DNA from: Spirochaetia bacterium | GTDB lineage: Bacteria > Spirochaetota > Spirochaetia > SZUA-6 > Bin103 | DNA: 64,000 nucleotides | Direction of reading: 5' to 3' | Assembly (NCBI GenBank): GCA_965208575.1 | Contig: CBDBOV010000006.1 | Span: 384,001-448,000, forward strand | Part shown: in pieces, positions 1-11,270 of the stretch | Position numbering within the stretch: position 1 is the first letter of the stretch | How the letters are laid out: the number at the start of each line of letters is the position of its first letter | The notes under the pieces: model-generated | Told to the model about the DNA's origin: nothing | Database searches by the model: none | Seen by the model: the letters and a program-made list of their open reading frames with translations, nothing else | Made by a program: the position numbers and the translations under genes

Positions 1-1342
<1,342 letters not shown>

Positions 1343-1344
1343 GC

Positions 1345-2730
1345 TTACATCGAAACGAACAGTTCCTGCGGGCCGCGCAACAGCTCCAGGAAGTAGGAAG
1401 CGAACTCGGCCGCCGGCACGCCATCAACCACGCGATGGTCGAATGCCAGCGACACCGGCAGCACCCAGGCCGCGCGCACGGCGCCGTCCACCACCGCCGG
1501 CGCCTGGTGTATGCGGCCGGCGCCGATGATCGCCACCTGCGGCGGATAGATCATCGGCGAGGCGAACATGCCGCCGAACGGGCCGAAGTTGGTCAGGCTG
1601 AACGTGCCGCCGCGCAGATCCTTGATGCTGATCTGCCGACCCTTGGCGCGCTCGACCATGTCCTTCATCTCGGTGTCTATCTGGCGGATGGTCTTGTTCT
1701 CGACATTGTGAATGACCGGCAGCATCAACCCCGCCTCGGTGTTCACCGCCACCCCGATGTTGATGTCCTTGAATACCGTCAGCTCTTCCGACATCGGGTT
1801 GAAGTGGGCGTTGAGCACCGGATAGCGGCGCAGCGCCGTGGCGAGCGCCTTCATGAAGAACGGCTGGAAGCTCACCCGGACGTCGCGCCCGTGGTTGACC
1901 TTGGCGCGCAGTTCCACCAGGTCGTCCACCACTCCCGTGTCGAAGATGGTGGCCGTGGGGATCTTGCGGCTGCTCTCCATGGTGTGCGCGATGGTCTTGC
2001 GCAGGATGGTCAGCTCGACCGTCTGCCCGAGCGGCAGGTGGGAAGGGGTAACGAGCGGATCGTCGATCAGCGGAAAGGCGAAGTCGGAGCGCCCGGCGCG
2101 CGGCGGGGCCGCGGCGGGCGCGGCGGCCGCCGCCCGCTCCACGTCTTGGCGCTGAATCCTGCCGCCGGCCGCAGCGGGGGCCATCCGCGCCAGGTCGACG
2201 CCGAGGTCACGCGCCAGGCGGCGCGCGGCCGGGGTGACCAGCGGTTCGGCGGCGCCGGCGTCGTCCCGCGACCGGGAGCCGTCGTGCGCTTCGCCGGCGG
2301 CGTCCTCGGGTGCGCCATCCACCTCGGCTTCGGCCGGCTCGGCCGCAGCGGCCGGCGCGTCGAGTTCGTCGCTCGCCGGCAGCGAGTTCGGCGCGGCGTC
2401 GAGGGTGCCTACCAACGCCTGGAACTCGTGCCCGCCGTTGCTGGCGGCGGCGCCGGTCGCCGCGCCGCCGCCAGCGGCCTCGGCCTCGCCGTCGGCAGGG
2501 TCGATGAACGCCAGTGTCTCCCCGACGCCGATCCGATCGCCCACCGCGGAGCCGAACCTGACCACGACCCCGCTGCGCGGCGAAGCGATCTCCGCCACGA
2601 CCTTGTCGGTCTCGACGATCGCCAGGATGTCGCCGGCATCCACCTCGGCGCCGGGTTCTACCTTGAATTCGAGAATCTTGCCCTCGGTAAGACCCTCACC
2701 GATGTCGGGAAACTTGAATTCGTAACTCAT
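1345..2730 (-). CDS. pdhC: 2-oxoacid dehydrogenase E2 (dihydrolipoamide acyltransferase)
   Basis: Lipoyl domain (FPDIGEGLTEG...ETDKV), E3-binding segment (TPAARRLA) and catalytic FDHRVVDG. Confidence 0.92.
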   Translation of the reverse strand: MSYEFKFPDIGEGLTEGKILEFKVEPGAEVDAGDILAIVETDKVVAEIASPRSGVVVRFGSAVGDRIGVGETLAFIDPADGEAEAAGGGAATGAAASNGGHEFQALVGTLDAAPNSLPASDELDAPAAAAEPAEAEVDGAPEDAAGEAHDGSRSRDDAGAAEPLVTPAARRLARDLGVDLARMAPAAAGGRIQRQDVERAAAAAPAAAPPRAGRSDFAFPLIDDPLVTPSHLPLGQTVELTILRKTIAHTMESSRKIPTATIFDTGVVDDLVELRAKVNHGRDVRVSFQPFFMKALATALRRYPVLNAHFNPMSEELTVFKDINIGVAVNTEAGLMLPVIHNVENKTIRQIDTEMKDMVERAKGRQISIKDLRGGTFSLTNFGPFGGMFASPMIYPPQVAIIGAGRIHQAPAVVDGAVRAAWVLPVSLAFDHRVVDGVPAAEFASYFLELLRGPQELFVSM

Positions 2731-2739
2731 CGATCGTTC

Positions 2740-2769
2740 CTCATGCTTGTCTGACTCATGCTTGTATGA
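2740..2769. repeat. 15-bp tandem duplication just upstream of the E2 start
   Basis: ctcatgcttgtctga / ctcatgcttgtatga (14/15 identical). Confidence 0.8.
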
Positions 2770-2792
2770 AAGGTCGCGGCGCGGCGAGCCCT

Positions 2793-3770
2793 CTAAAACT
2801 CGACCGTCTCGCGCACCGCGTCAACGATGTGTTCGGCGGTGAGGAAGTAGAAGTGCTCGGCAGCCGGCAGGGGGATCACGGCATCGCTGCCGGTGACCCG
2901 GCGCGGCGGTGCCTCCAGGTGCATGAACAGCTCCTCGGTCACCAGCGCCATCAGCTCCGCCGCCACGCCGAACGAGCGCGGACCCTCGTGCACCACCACC
3001 AGGCGGCCGGTCTTGCGCACCGAGTCGAGCACCGTGTCGCAATCGTACGGGTAGATGGTGCGCAGGTCGATCAACTCGACGCCGATGCCCTGGCCGTGAA
3101 ACCAGTCGGCCGCGGTGCGCGCCTCGCGCATCATCGCCCCGTATGCAATCAGCGTGACGGCGTCGCCCGCGCGCTCCACCCGCGCCCGCCCGAGCGGCAG
3201 GACGTAGGGCGCATCCGGAATGGCCTGCTGCGGCGAGTGGTAGGATCGCTTGGGCTCCATGTAGATGACCGGATCAGGATCGCGGATCGCGGCGAGCAGC
3301 AATCCCTTGGCATCGTGCGGAGTGGACGGAATCACCACCTTGAGGCCGGGCACGTGCCCGAACGTGGCCTCCATGCTCTCGGAGTGATGCTCAAGCGCCT
3401 TCAGGTTGCCGCCGTACGGCATGCGCACCACCATCGGCAGGGTGAGCGCCGCGCGGCTGCGGTTGCGGGTGCGCGCGGCGTGGCACACGATCTGGTTGAA
3501 CGCCGGCCACGCGAACCCGCTGAACTGAACCTCCACCACCGGCTTGAGGCCCGCCATCGCCATGCCCACGGCGGTGCCGACCAGGCCGCACTCGGCAATC
3601 GGGGAGTCGAAGCAGCGGCGCTTGCCGAACCGGCGCTGCAGGCCGGCGGTGGCCTGGAACACGCCGCCGTTGACGCCGATGTCCTCGCCGTAGACGACTA
3701 CCGCGTCGTCTTCTTCCAGGCCTTCCGCCAGCGCCGCGTTGACGGCGCCGAGCAGCGTCGCGGAGTTCAC
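2793..3770 (-). CDS. pdhB: 2-oxoacid dehydrogenase E1 beta subunit
   Basis: Motifs GEDIGVNGGVF, DSPIAE and EHHSES. Pyruvate versus branched-chain specificity is not resolved. Confidence 0.92.
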   Translation of the reverse strand: MNSATLLGAVNAALAEGLEEDDAVVVYGEDIGVNGGVFQATAGLQRRFGKRRCFDSPIAECGLVGTAVGMAMAGLKPVVEVQFSGFAWPAFNQIVCHAARTRNRSRAALTLPMVVRMPYGGNLKALEHHSESMEATFGHVPGLKVVIPSTPHDAKGLLLAAIRDPDPVIYMEPKRSYHSPQQAIPDAPYVLPLGRARVERAGDAVTLIAYGAMMREARTAADWFHGQGIGVELIDLRTIYPYDCDTVLDSVRKTGRLVVVHEGPRSFGVAAELMALVTEELFMHLEAPPRRVTGSDAVIPLPAAEHFYFLTAEHIVDAVRETVEF

Positions 3771-4834
3771 GTTCCGGTCCGTTCCAGCCGCCGCCGCCGC
3801 TCCGCCAACTGGCGCTGCATCACCGGCGGCACCTCGGCGTACACGTAGCGGAAGGTGTCCTCGAGGGATGGCTTCTCGAACGGCTCGACGGCGTCGAACT
3901 CGCGGCGCGCCCGCTCGCGTGCCTCGCTGATCATCCGGGTGAGCCCGGCGTCATCCATCAGCCCGCGCGCGCGCAGCAGCTTCTGCAGGCGCACGATCGG
4001 ATCGCGGCTCTTCCACTCGGCCACCTCGTCGTCGCAGCGGTAGCGCTTCGGATCGTCGGAGGTGGTGTGCGGCCCGATCCGGTAGGTCACGCCTTCGATC
4101 AAGGTTGGACCCCCGCCGGCGCGCGCCTTGGCCGCGGCCGCGGCCGTGACGGCGTACACGGCGGTCACGTCGTTGCCGTCCACCTGCACGCCCTCGAAGC
4201 CGTACGCCACCGCCTTCTGCGCCAGCGTGCCGCTGGCCGTCTGCTGATCGCGATGCACGGAGATCGCGAACTGGTTGTTCTGCACGAAGAATATGGTACC
4301 CGCCTGCCACAGCCCGGCGAAGTTCAGGGCTTCATGGAAGTCGCCCTCGGAGGTGCCGCCGTCGCCGACGAAGCCGATGGCGATGCGGTCGCTGCCCTGG
4401 TAGCGCTCCGCGAACGCCAGGCCGACCGCGTGCGGCAACTGCGAGCCGATCGGCAGCACGATCGGCGTGACGTGGTACAGCTCGCGCTCGAACGCGCTGC
4501 CATGCTCGTTGCCGAGCCAGTACAGGAAGAACTGCTTCAGTGGCACCCCGCGCGTCAACAGGCCGCCGAGTTCGCGGTAGGTGGGCACGATCCAGTCGTC
4601 CTCGCGCAACGCCATCACCGCGCCGACGCTGTTCGCCTCCTGGCCGGTGGCCGGCGGGTAGGTGCCGAGCCGCCCCTGGCGGTTGAGGCTGAACGCCCAC
4701 TCGTCGGCGGCGCGTGCCTGCACCATGTGGCGATAGGCGGTGCGCAGTTGCGCGTCGGTCATGGTGTGGGAACAGTAGGCCGGATCGGCAGTGTAGGTGC
4801 CGTCCGGCGCCAGCATCTGGACCATTTCTCTCAC
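3767..4834 (-). CDS. pdhA: 2-oxoacid dehydrogenase E1 alpha subunit
   Basis: TPP motif GDGGTSEGDFHEALN...NN and HTTSDDPKRYR. Confidence 0.92.
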   Translation of the reverse strand: MREMVQMLAPDGTYTADPAYCSHTMTDAQLRTAYRHMVQARAADEWAFSLNRQGRLGTYPPATGQEANSVGAVMALREDDWIVPTYRELGGLLTRGVPLKQFFLYWLGNEHGSAFERELYHVTPIVLPIGSQLPHAVGLAFAERYQGSDRIAIGFVGDGGTSEGDFHEALNFAGLWQAGTIFFVQNNQFAISVHRDQQTASGTLAQKAVAYGFEGVQVDGNDVTAVYAVTAAAAAKARAGGGPTLIEGVTYRIGPHTTSDDPKRYRCDDEVAEWKSRDPIVRLQKLLRARGLMDDAGLTRMISEARERARREFDAVEPFEKPSLEDTFRYVYAEVPPVMQRQLAERRRRLERTGT

Positions 4835-5352
4835 TGCCGCTCCCGAGCGGGCGCCTGGCCGGCCGGCGCACGCTCGGTCGCATTGCTCGGACCGTTGCCG
4901 CCGGCGGGCAAGGTGGACCGCGCGCGGCGGCTGAGGACGAATCCGGTCTGGACGATCCGGATCAGCTCCACGGCCGACTCCACTACCCGTTTCAGACTGT
5001 TGTTGATCCTTTCCTCCTCGCCGGCATCGATGACGTCATCGCCATCGAGTGACTCGGTGATTGCCAGGTTGAGGTCCGCCACCGCGCCGATGAGCAGCGA
5101 CATCTGGCGCGACAGGTGCTTGTAGGAGAACGCGGCCTTGGTATCCACGATGCGGGAAATCGACTCCATGTGGCCCAGGAGGTTGCGCAGCGAGTGCACC
5201 ATCCTGGGGTTGGGGTTGGTCTCCAACTCGAGGCGCCAGTTTTCGAGCCGCGTCGTCGCCTTTGCCAGCAGATCCTGCAGGTCGGCATTGGACGGCAACC
5301 GACGCTCCTGTGGATATTGCACCTTTACAGAGGGTATGTCATTTCGTACCAT
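4831..5352 (-). CDS. Hypothetical helical protein coupled to pdhA
   Basis: Protein-like composition from MVRNDIPSVK onward, and its stop overlaps the pdhA GTG. The longer ORF-track start would run through tRNA-Cys, so the start is uncertain. Confidence 0.7.
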   Translation of the reverse strand: MVRNDIPSVKVQYPQERRLPSNADLQDLLAKATTRLENWRLELETNPNPRMVHSLRNLLGHMESISRIVDTKAAFSYKHLSRQMSLLIGAVADLNLAITESLDGDDVIDAGEEERINNSLKRVVESAVELIRIVQTGFVLSRRARSTLPAGGNGPSNATERAPAGQAPARERQ

Positions 5353-5364
5353 TACGGCAACCGT

Positions 5365-5436
5365 GGCGCCGTACCCAAGAGGTAAGGGAGAGGTCTGCAA
5401 AACCTTTATGCACCGGTTCGATTCCGGTCGGCGCCT
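5365..5436 (+). tRNA. tRNA-Cys(GCA), CCA not encoded
   Basis: Acceptor stem GGCGCCG/CGGCGCC, anticodon arm GAGGT-CTGCAAA-ACCTT, T arm ACCGG-TTCGATT-CCGGT, U discriminator. Confidence 0.97.
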
Positions 5437-5437
5437 T

Positions 5438-5513
5438 GCTCCTCCCGCCCGTTCCGCTCCTCCGCCCGCCCTCATCGTGCCCGCCCTGCTCATCCCGCCC
5501 TGCTCATCCCGCC
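5438..5513. repeat. About 14-bp tandem copies of the HAD gene stop region
   Basis: cccgccctgctcat is exact at 5480-5493 and 5494-5507. More degenerate copies (cccgccctcat, gctcctccgccc, gctcctcccgccc) lie toward the tRNA. Confidence 0.75.
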
Positions 5514-6352
5514 GCCCGAGCCGCCGGTTGCGCGGCGCCTGCGAAGTAGGCACGGAGAAACCGGCTCACGCCCTCGTCGTCATTCCCGAACAGCGTTACC
5601 GCGCGCGCGCACTCGCTCACCGCGCGCGGCGCGTGGCGCATCGCGACCGGGAATCGCACCGCCCGCAGCAGCGGTATGTCGTTCACCCAGTCGCCAATGA
5701 ACATCGCGGCATCGAGCGGAAAGTGGAGGCGTCGGGCCATGGCGCGGGCGCCGCGCAGCTTCGTGCAGCCGGCGCTGCGGACGAACAGGCCGTGGCAGCC
5801 GTGGAACGGCGCCTCGGTGAGGTAGACGCTGAGCGCGCCGCCGTCCGCTTCCTGCGCCCCCCGCGCGAGGCGAATGACGCGCCGCGCGGTGGCCGCCAGC
5901 TCGGCACGCCCGCGGGCGGTAAACACCAGGTGGGTCACCCGCCGCAGCGGAGCGTCGCCGAGGCGCCCGACCTGGTCCGACCAGTCGACGTACTGAATTT
6001 CGTCCACCGGCCCGCGCACCTGCGTGGCGCCGCCGGCGAGCACGTAACACGGCCCGCGGCAATCGTGCAGCAGGCGCGCGGCGAGCCGATCGTCGATCGT
6101 GGCGCCGTCCACCCACCGCTGCACGCCGCCGGCGACGTGCACGGCACCGTCCAGGCACACCATCGGGAGGCGCAGCGGCGCCAGGCAGCGGGCGGTGATG
6201 CGCGGCGCCTTGCCGGTGACGGCGAAGATGCTCAACCCGCTCTCCAACAGCGCGCGCAACGTGGCCAGCGTATCGTCGGTGACGCGCTTGTCGCTGGTCA
6301 ACAGGGTGCCGTCCATGTCCAGAGCCAGGGCGGTGATCTCGCAACTCGCCAT
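5504..6352 (-). CDS. Cof-type HAD family hydrolase
   Basis: Motif I DMDGTLL, the TG motif and motif IV IGDWVND. Confidence 0.88.
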   Translation of the reverse strand: MASCEITALALDMDGTLLTSDKRVTDDTLATLRALLESGLSIFAVTGKAPRITARCLAPLRLPMVCLDGAVHVAGGVQRWVDGATIDDRLAARLLHDCRGPCYVLAGGATQVRGPVDEIQYVDWSDQVGRLGDAPLRRVTHLVFTARGRAELAATARRVIRLARGAQEADGGALSVYLTEAPFHGCHGLFVRSAGCTKLRGARAMARRLHFPLDAAMFIGDWVNDIPLLRAVRFPVAMRHAPRAVSECARAVTLFGNDDEGVSRFLRAYFAGAAQPAARAAG

Positions 6353-6427
6353 GCGGCGCCGATGTTGTCATGCCGGCTCCCGGCGTGTCGAGTCTGCGGG
6401 CCGGCGGCCCCGGCGGCCCGGACAGCT

Positions 6428-8068
6428 TCAATACACTCCGAGGATGGTCAGCCCGCTCCAGCGGGCGGTGTAGGACGCCAGGTCGCCGACCGCCTCCTCG
6501 TGGTGCACCTGCAGGGTGCCCAGATCGGCCCGCTGCACGGTTCTGCCGTGCGCAGTCAGCTTGCCGGTCGCCACCACCCCCTTGGAGAGGGTCAGGTGGC
6601 GGTTGTCCAGGTTGCCGAAGTAATACGCGGCAGGATCCTGGCCGGGATCGACCGGCAACAGGCCGGCCCCCGAACCGAGCGCCGGGTCTACCGGCACCCA
6701 TCCGAACCGGTGCAGGTAGAGTTCGGTCCAGTAGTGGGCATGCAGGCGGTCCGGCGACTGCACCAGGTAGCCCGCCACCGGACGCGCCGGAACCGTGGCA
6801 GCCCGCAGCAGGGCGGTATACAGCATGGCGAAGTCGTAGGCGTCGCCGGCGCCGGCGGCCAGCGCGGCCAACGGATCGGCGGCGCGCCGGCCGTCGTGCA
6901 CGAGCCGGCGCAGCAGCCCGTCGTACAGTTGCCGGGCGCGCCGCCACGGGTTGAGCTCGCCGCGAGTCAGGCGCTCGGCCAGCGCGACGATACGCTCGTC
7001 GTCCGCGGCGATGAGCGGCTCGGGGCTGGTGAACATGCGGTATGCCCGCGTCGCCCGGTCGTACGGCTCCACCCGCCCTTCGTCGACGTCCGTCTGCACG
7101 GCGTAGCGCTCGAAGATGAACTGCTGCGTTACGTTGTACACGCCGCCGGGTACCAGGTTGCGGAGCTGAAAGACGGCCACTCCCGCGACGTCCTCGTACA
7201 GCGGTTCGGGTTCGCGGGCCACCAACCGCACATTGCGCTGCGCCGGCGCCTGCCACACCTTCGGCATCCACAGGTACAGGTCGTTGGGTCCGGAAGCGCG
7301 GACGCCGGTGATCGACAGCAGCATGCTCACCGAGTAGGTTCGCCGGCCCGTGTAGCGCTTGCTGCCCACCGTGGAGCCGACTTCGAAGAACACCTGGTTG
7401 CTGAACCCCCGTTCGGTGCGCACCAGCAGGTTGCCGGTGGCCGCGCCGTCCGGAACCCGCACCCGGATCTCCGTGTCGGACCAGTTCTCGTAGTCGAAGT
7501 CGTGCGCGTCGGCGGCGACGAACTCCGCCGTGCCCTCACCAGCCGCCAGCGGACCCGCCGACAGCCAGGTGAACAGCACCGCCGATGAGCCGCGCCGCGG
7601 GCCGAAGTTGCGCCCGGTGATGACCACGGCATCGCCCACCGCGGCGCGCCGCTTGCTTACGTCGGCCACCAGCGGCTGGCCCGGGTCGGCGAACGCGGCG
7701 CCCACGCGCGGCAGATAGTCGCGATTGGCGAACAGGACGCCGTTGCTGCGCCGGCCACCGACTACCACGTAGACGAACCCCGAGCGCACCTCCTCCGGCA
7801 CGCGTACGCTGATCCGTGCGGCGCTCCACTCCAGGTACGCACTGCTGGTCGGAGCCACGCCGGCGATCAGCACCTGCCCGCCGTCACGCGCCGGGCCGAA
7901 TCCGCGGCCGGTGACGATCAGGACGTCGCCACCATGCCCGATGGGCGGGTCGGCTGCCTCGATCACCGGCGCGCGGCTGTGCGAACCGAGCAGCAATACG
8001 GCGAGCAGTACGATGAGCGCCGCGGCCGGGACCAGGGCGCGGCCGCGCGGCGGCAGCGAAGCGAACAT
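6428..8068 (-). CDS. Membrane-anchored or exported protein with two IPT/TIG domains and a transglutaminase-like domain
   Basis: N-terminal hydrophobic segment, two GD.l.itG..FG / W....I.V.VP Ig-like repeats, and ALLRAATVPARPVAG...HYWTELY...GWVPVDP. Confidence 0.85.
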   Translation of the reverse strand: MFASLPPRGRALVPAAALIVLLAVLLLGSHSRAPVIEAADPPIGHGGDVLIVTGRGFGPARDGGQVLIAGVAPTSSAYLEWSAARISVRVPEEVRSGFVYVVVGGRRSNGVLFANRDYLPRVGAAFADPGQPLVADVSKRRAAVGDAVVITGRNFGPRRGSSAVLFTWLSAGPLAAGEGTAEFVAADAHDFDYENWSDTEIRVRVPDGAATGNLLVRTERGFSNQVFFEVGSTVGSKRYTGRRTYSVSMLLSITGVRASGPNDLYLWMPKVWQAPAQRNVRLVAREPEPLYEDVAGVAVFQLRNLVPGGVYNVTQQFIFERYAVQTDVDEGRVEPYDRATRAYRMFTSPEPLIAADDERIVALAERLTRGELNPWRRARQLYDGLLRRLVHDGRRAADPLAALAAGAGDAYDFAMLYTALLRAATVPARPVAGYLVQSPDRLHAHYWTELYLHRFGWVPVDPALGSGAGLLPVDPGQDPAAYYFGNLDNRHLTLSKGVVATGKLTAHGRTVQRADLGTLQVHHEEAVGDLASYTARWSGLTILGVY

Positions 8069-8113
8069 CCACCGAACCGGATCGCTCAGCGCCGTCCGAG
8101 CCGGACAGGGCCG

Positions 8114-8653
8114 CTAGCGTTCAGTCGTGGCCATCCTCGCCCGCTCCGGCTCGTAGCGGACAATCTCCACCTCCAGCTTCAGGGTGACTTCATCGGCCAC
8201 GCCCTCGGCGACCCCGAGCGGGAAGAACAGCAGCTTCTCGCCGAGCGACAGCGGCACGCTGCGGTAGGTCGCCACGTAGCGGGTCGGCGCCTCGGGGCCG
8301 TCGTCCAGCCATACCTGGCCCTGCGCCACCAGCTCCAACTCGCCATCCTCGCCCACGTAGGGGGTGAACACCGCGCGAATGCGCAGATTGCTGCCGTTCA
8401 CCTCGACGTTTACCGCCCGGCCCGGGATGGTCAGTTCCGACTGTTGCGTATTCCAGTTGGTGAACGGCTCGGTCTGCGTGAGCGAGAGGCCGACCTTGAT
8501 CTCGAGCTGGTCGTCGCGGGCCGACCGCAACGCGCTCTCGATCATGCTCTGCGGAGGCGCCTGGGCACCGGCGAGCCCCGCCGCCGACACGATCAGCAGG
8601 GCCGTCACCGGCCTGCGAATCCGCTCGGATGCACGCACGAGGCCTGCCGTCAT
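8114..8653 (-). CDS. Hypothetical exported protein
   Basis: Signal-peptide-like N-terminus, beta-rich acidic sequence, and position in the operon after the anti-sigma gene. Confidence 0.75.
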   Translation of the reverse strand: MTAGLVRASERIRRPVTALLIVSAAGLAGAQAPPQSMIESALRSARDDQLEIKVGLSLTQTEPFTNWNTQQSELTIPGRAVNVEVNGSNLRIRAVFTPYVGEDGELELVAQGQVWLDDGPEAPTRYVATYRSVPLSLGEKLLFFPLGVAEGVADEVTLKLEVEIVRYEPERARMATTER

Positions 8654-8669
8654 GGCCGCGCTGCCGCGG

Positions 8670-9212
8670 TCAGGGAAGCACCGCCGATTGTGCGGTCGCC
8701 GCCAGGAGTTCCGCTTCCCGCAGGATGGTCGGCTTGCCGTGCTGTATGAATTGCGGTTCGTCCGGCAACTGGATGACGATCGCCCCCTGCTCCAGCCATT
8801 GCACCGGCTGAGCGCCGCTCGCGACCGCGCTGACCGCGGCGGCTCCGAAGGCCGGCAGTTCCAGACGCGCGTCGGCGACCCGCGTCCACATCGCCACGCT
8901 GGTGATGATCAGCGTCACGCCCGCCATCAACGCGACCGCCACCGGTGCCGGCACCCGGACGCCGCGGGTCCAGAACGACGCCTGCCGGCGCAACGCGCTG
9001 CGCACCGCGTCGAGTCGCCGCCAGATCCGGTCGCCGGCCGCGCTGACGTCCGGCTCGCGGCTCTCCAGCAGGGTGTGACTCACCGCCTGGTACGCGCGCA
9101 GCAGCTCACGGCAGGCGTGGCACTCACCGACATGACGCTCCACGCGGCGCGCGTCGGCGGGCCCGATCTCGTTGTCGACGTAGGAGCACAGCAGGGTGCT
9201 TTCAGGACACAT
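8670..9212 (-). CDS. Zinc-binding (ZAS) transmembrane anti-sigma factor
   Basis: HVGECHAC (HxxxCxxC) motif and one TM helix; overlaps the ECF sigma stop. Confidence 0.88.
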   Translation of the reverse strand: MCPESTLLCSYVDNEIGPADARRVERHVGECHACRELLRAYQAVSHTLLESREPDVSAAGDRIWRRLDAVRSALRRQASFWTRGVRVPAPVAVALMAGVTLIITSVAMWTRVADARLELPAFGAAAVSAVASGAQPVQWLEQGAIVIQLPDEPQFIQHGKPTILREAELLAATAQSAVLP

Positions 9213-9741
9213 GGCGCACCCCGTCGGCGAGCAGCCGCGCCAGTTGCCGGCGCGCCCGGTGCAAACGCACCTTCACGTTGCCTTCGCTGATGCCGAGCAC
9301 CGAAGCGATGTCGCGATAGTTCATGCCGGCGTATTCGCGCAGCACGATGGCGGTGCGCATGTTGTGCGGCAACTCGTTCAGCGCCTCCTGCACCGCGTCG
9401 CGATCGGCTGCCGCGAGCAACGGGGCGTCGGCCGGCAACCCGAGCGTGGGGCCTTCCTGCTCAAGGCGTCCGACGGCGCGCCGTTCGCGCGCCCGGCGCT
9501 TCTCGTAGTTCAACGACAGGTTGCGCACCACCCGCAACAACCAGTACTTCGTCTCATCCACGCTCGGCAGGGGCGTATCGCGGTTCAGCAGGCGCAGGAA
9601 TGCCTCATGAGCCAGATCCTCCGCGACTACCCGTTCGCCGGCGATCCGGAAGGCCACCCGAAATATCAACGGAAACAATTCGCGGTAGACACCGCCGAAA
9701 TCGCTGTCTCGCCACCACCGTTCAGTTTTTGACCGCACCAT
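9202..9741 (-). CDS. ECF RNA polymerase sigma factor
   Basis: Region 2 ([10 protein letters not shown]...WLLRVVRN) and region 4 ([23 protein letters not shown]). Start is ATG 9741 or GTG 9738. Confidence 0.92.
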   Translation of the reverse strand: MVRSKTERWWRDSDFGGVYRELFPLIFRVAFRIAGERVVAEDLAHEAFLRLLNRDTPLPSVDETKYWLLRVVRNLSLNYEKRRARERRAVGRLEQEGPTLGLPADAPLLAAADRDAVQEALNELPHNMRTAIVLREYAGMNYRDIASVLGISEGNVKVRLHRARRQLARLLADGVRHVS

Positions 9742-9743
9742 GT

Positions 9744-9771
9744 AAAACCACCGGAATGCCTGGAGGTTACA
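9744..9771 (-). promoter_or_regulatory. Candidate autoregulatory ECF promoter
   Basis: TGTAAC-N16-GGTTTT directly before the sigma start, matching the general AAC / GT ECF promoter pattern. Confidence 0.5.
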
Positions 9772-9779
9772 CCTCCGCC

Positions 9780-11270
9780 CTACCCTGCCTGCTCGGGCAG
9801 CGCGCCGGCGCGCTGCCACACCGTGCCGGTAGCGGCGTCGCGCAACTCGATGCCCTGCGCGGCGAGCTGCGTACGAATCGCGTCGGCGCGTGCGAAGTCA
9901 CGCCGGCGGCGCGCCTCGTCCCGCTCCCGTACCAACGCGTCCACCTCGGGATCCACCCGCGTCTCGTTCGCCAAGACGGTTGCGGCCGATTGCAAGAGCC
10001 GCAAGCCCAACACTCCATCGATCGCACCGACCGCCCGCAAGGCGCACTCCGGATCGCCGGCATCGCTCTTGACCAGTTGCCAGAGGCGGGCGAGTACGCG
10101 CGGCATCGCCAGGTCGCTTGCCGCATGGGCGAGCGCCTCGCGCGCGGCCGGGTGGGCGCAGTCGGCGCCCGCCATGGTGCGGGGATCGTCGACCGCGGCC
10201 GCCCGCGCCAGCGCCGCCACCCGGTGCACCAGTCCGGCCCGGGCGGCGCGCGCCGCATCCAGGGCACGCATGGTGAAGTTCTGATGCGCCCGGTAATGCG
10301 CCCCGAGCACGAAGTAACGGTAGTCGAGCGCGTCGTAGCCCTTTTCCTGGAGCTGGCCGATGGTGACCCAGTTGCCCTTCGACTTGGACATCTTGGCCCC
10401 GTTCACCAGCAGGAACTCGCCGTGGCACCAGTAGTTCACCCAGCGCCCCGGATCATCGTGCCCGATACCGAGCGCCGCCTCCGCCTGGGCGATTTCGTTG
10501 GTGTGGTGAACCGGAATCAGATCGATGCCTCCGCAATGAATGTCGAATTGCTCGGCAAGGTAGCGCATCGACATGGCACTGCACTCGATGTGCCATCCCG
10601 GGTAGCCCCGTCCCCACGGCGAGTCCCAGATCATCGCCTGGTCCTCGAACTTGGAGCGGGTGAACCACAGGCCGAAGTCTTCCGGATTGCGCTTGCTGCG
10701 GTCGACGCTGATGCGGGCGCCGGCCTGCAACCGCTGCCGGTCGAGCAGCGCCAACTCGCCGTAGCGGGCGAACCGCGCCACGTCGAAGAACACGTTGCCG
10801 CCGGCTACGTAGGTGAACCCGCGCGCTTCGAGACGCTGGATGAGCGCGATCATGTCGTCGATGTGATCGGTTGCCTTGGCGACTACGTCGGGCCGGAGGA
10901 TGTTCAGCGCGTCCGCGTCGGTAAAGAACCGGTCGGTATAGAACGCCGCGATGTCCCACACGGTACGCCCTTCGCGGCGCGCGCCGGCGAGCATCTTGTC
11001 CTCGCCCTCGTCGGCATCGCTGGCCAGGTGGCCGACGTCGGTGACGTTCATGACGTGGCGCACCCGGTAGCCGAGCGCAGCGAGGGTGCGGCGCAGCACG
11101 TCAACGAAGATGAACGTGCGGAAGTTGCCGATGGTGGCATAGTCGTACACGGTGGGTCCGCAGGCGTAGAGCTGGGCGCAGCCCTCGGTGCGGGGCACGA
11201 ACGGCTGCACGGTGCGGCCCAGGGTGTTGTAGATCTGGAGTGGTTGCGGTGCCTTGGCAGAATCGGTCAT
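9780..11270 (-). CDS. cysS: Cysteine--tRNA ligase
   Basis: Motifs CGPTVY, TIGN (HIGH-equivalent), [12 protein letters not shown] and KMSKS. Confidence 0.97.
   Translation of the reverse strand: MTDSAKAPQPLQIYNTLGRTVQPFVPRTEGCAQLYACGPTVYDYATIGNFRTFIFVDVLRRTLAALGYRVRHVMNVTDVGHLASDADEGEDKMLAGARREGRTVWDIAAFYTDRFFTDADALNILRPDVVAKATDHIDDMIALIQRLEARGFTYVAGGNVFFDVARFARYGELALLDRQRLQAGARISVDRSKRNPEDFGLWFTRSKFEDQAMIWDSPWGRGYPGWHIECSAMSMRYLAEQFDIHCGGIDLIPVHHTNEIAQAEAALGIGHDDPGRWVNYWCHGEFLLVNGAKMSKSKGNWVTIGQLQEKGYDALDYRYFVLGAHYRAHQNFTMRALDAARAARAGLVHRVAALARAAAVDDPRTMAGADCAHPAAREALAHAASDLAMPRVLARLWQLVKSDAGDPECALRAVGAIDGVLGLRLLQSAATVLANETRVDPEVDALVRERDEARRRRDFARADAIRTQLAAQGIELRDAATGTVWQRAGALPEQAG

Noticed and set aside
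4831-5504. Prophage at tRNA-Cys, suggested by the CII-like resemblance
   Set aside because: No other phage genes, integrase or att duplication are present; the flanks are housekeeping genes.
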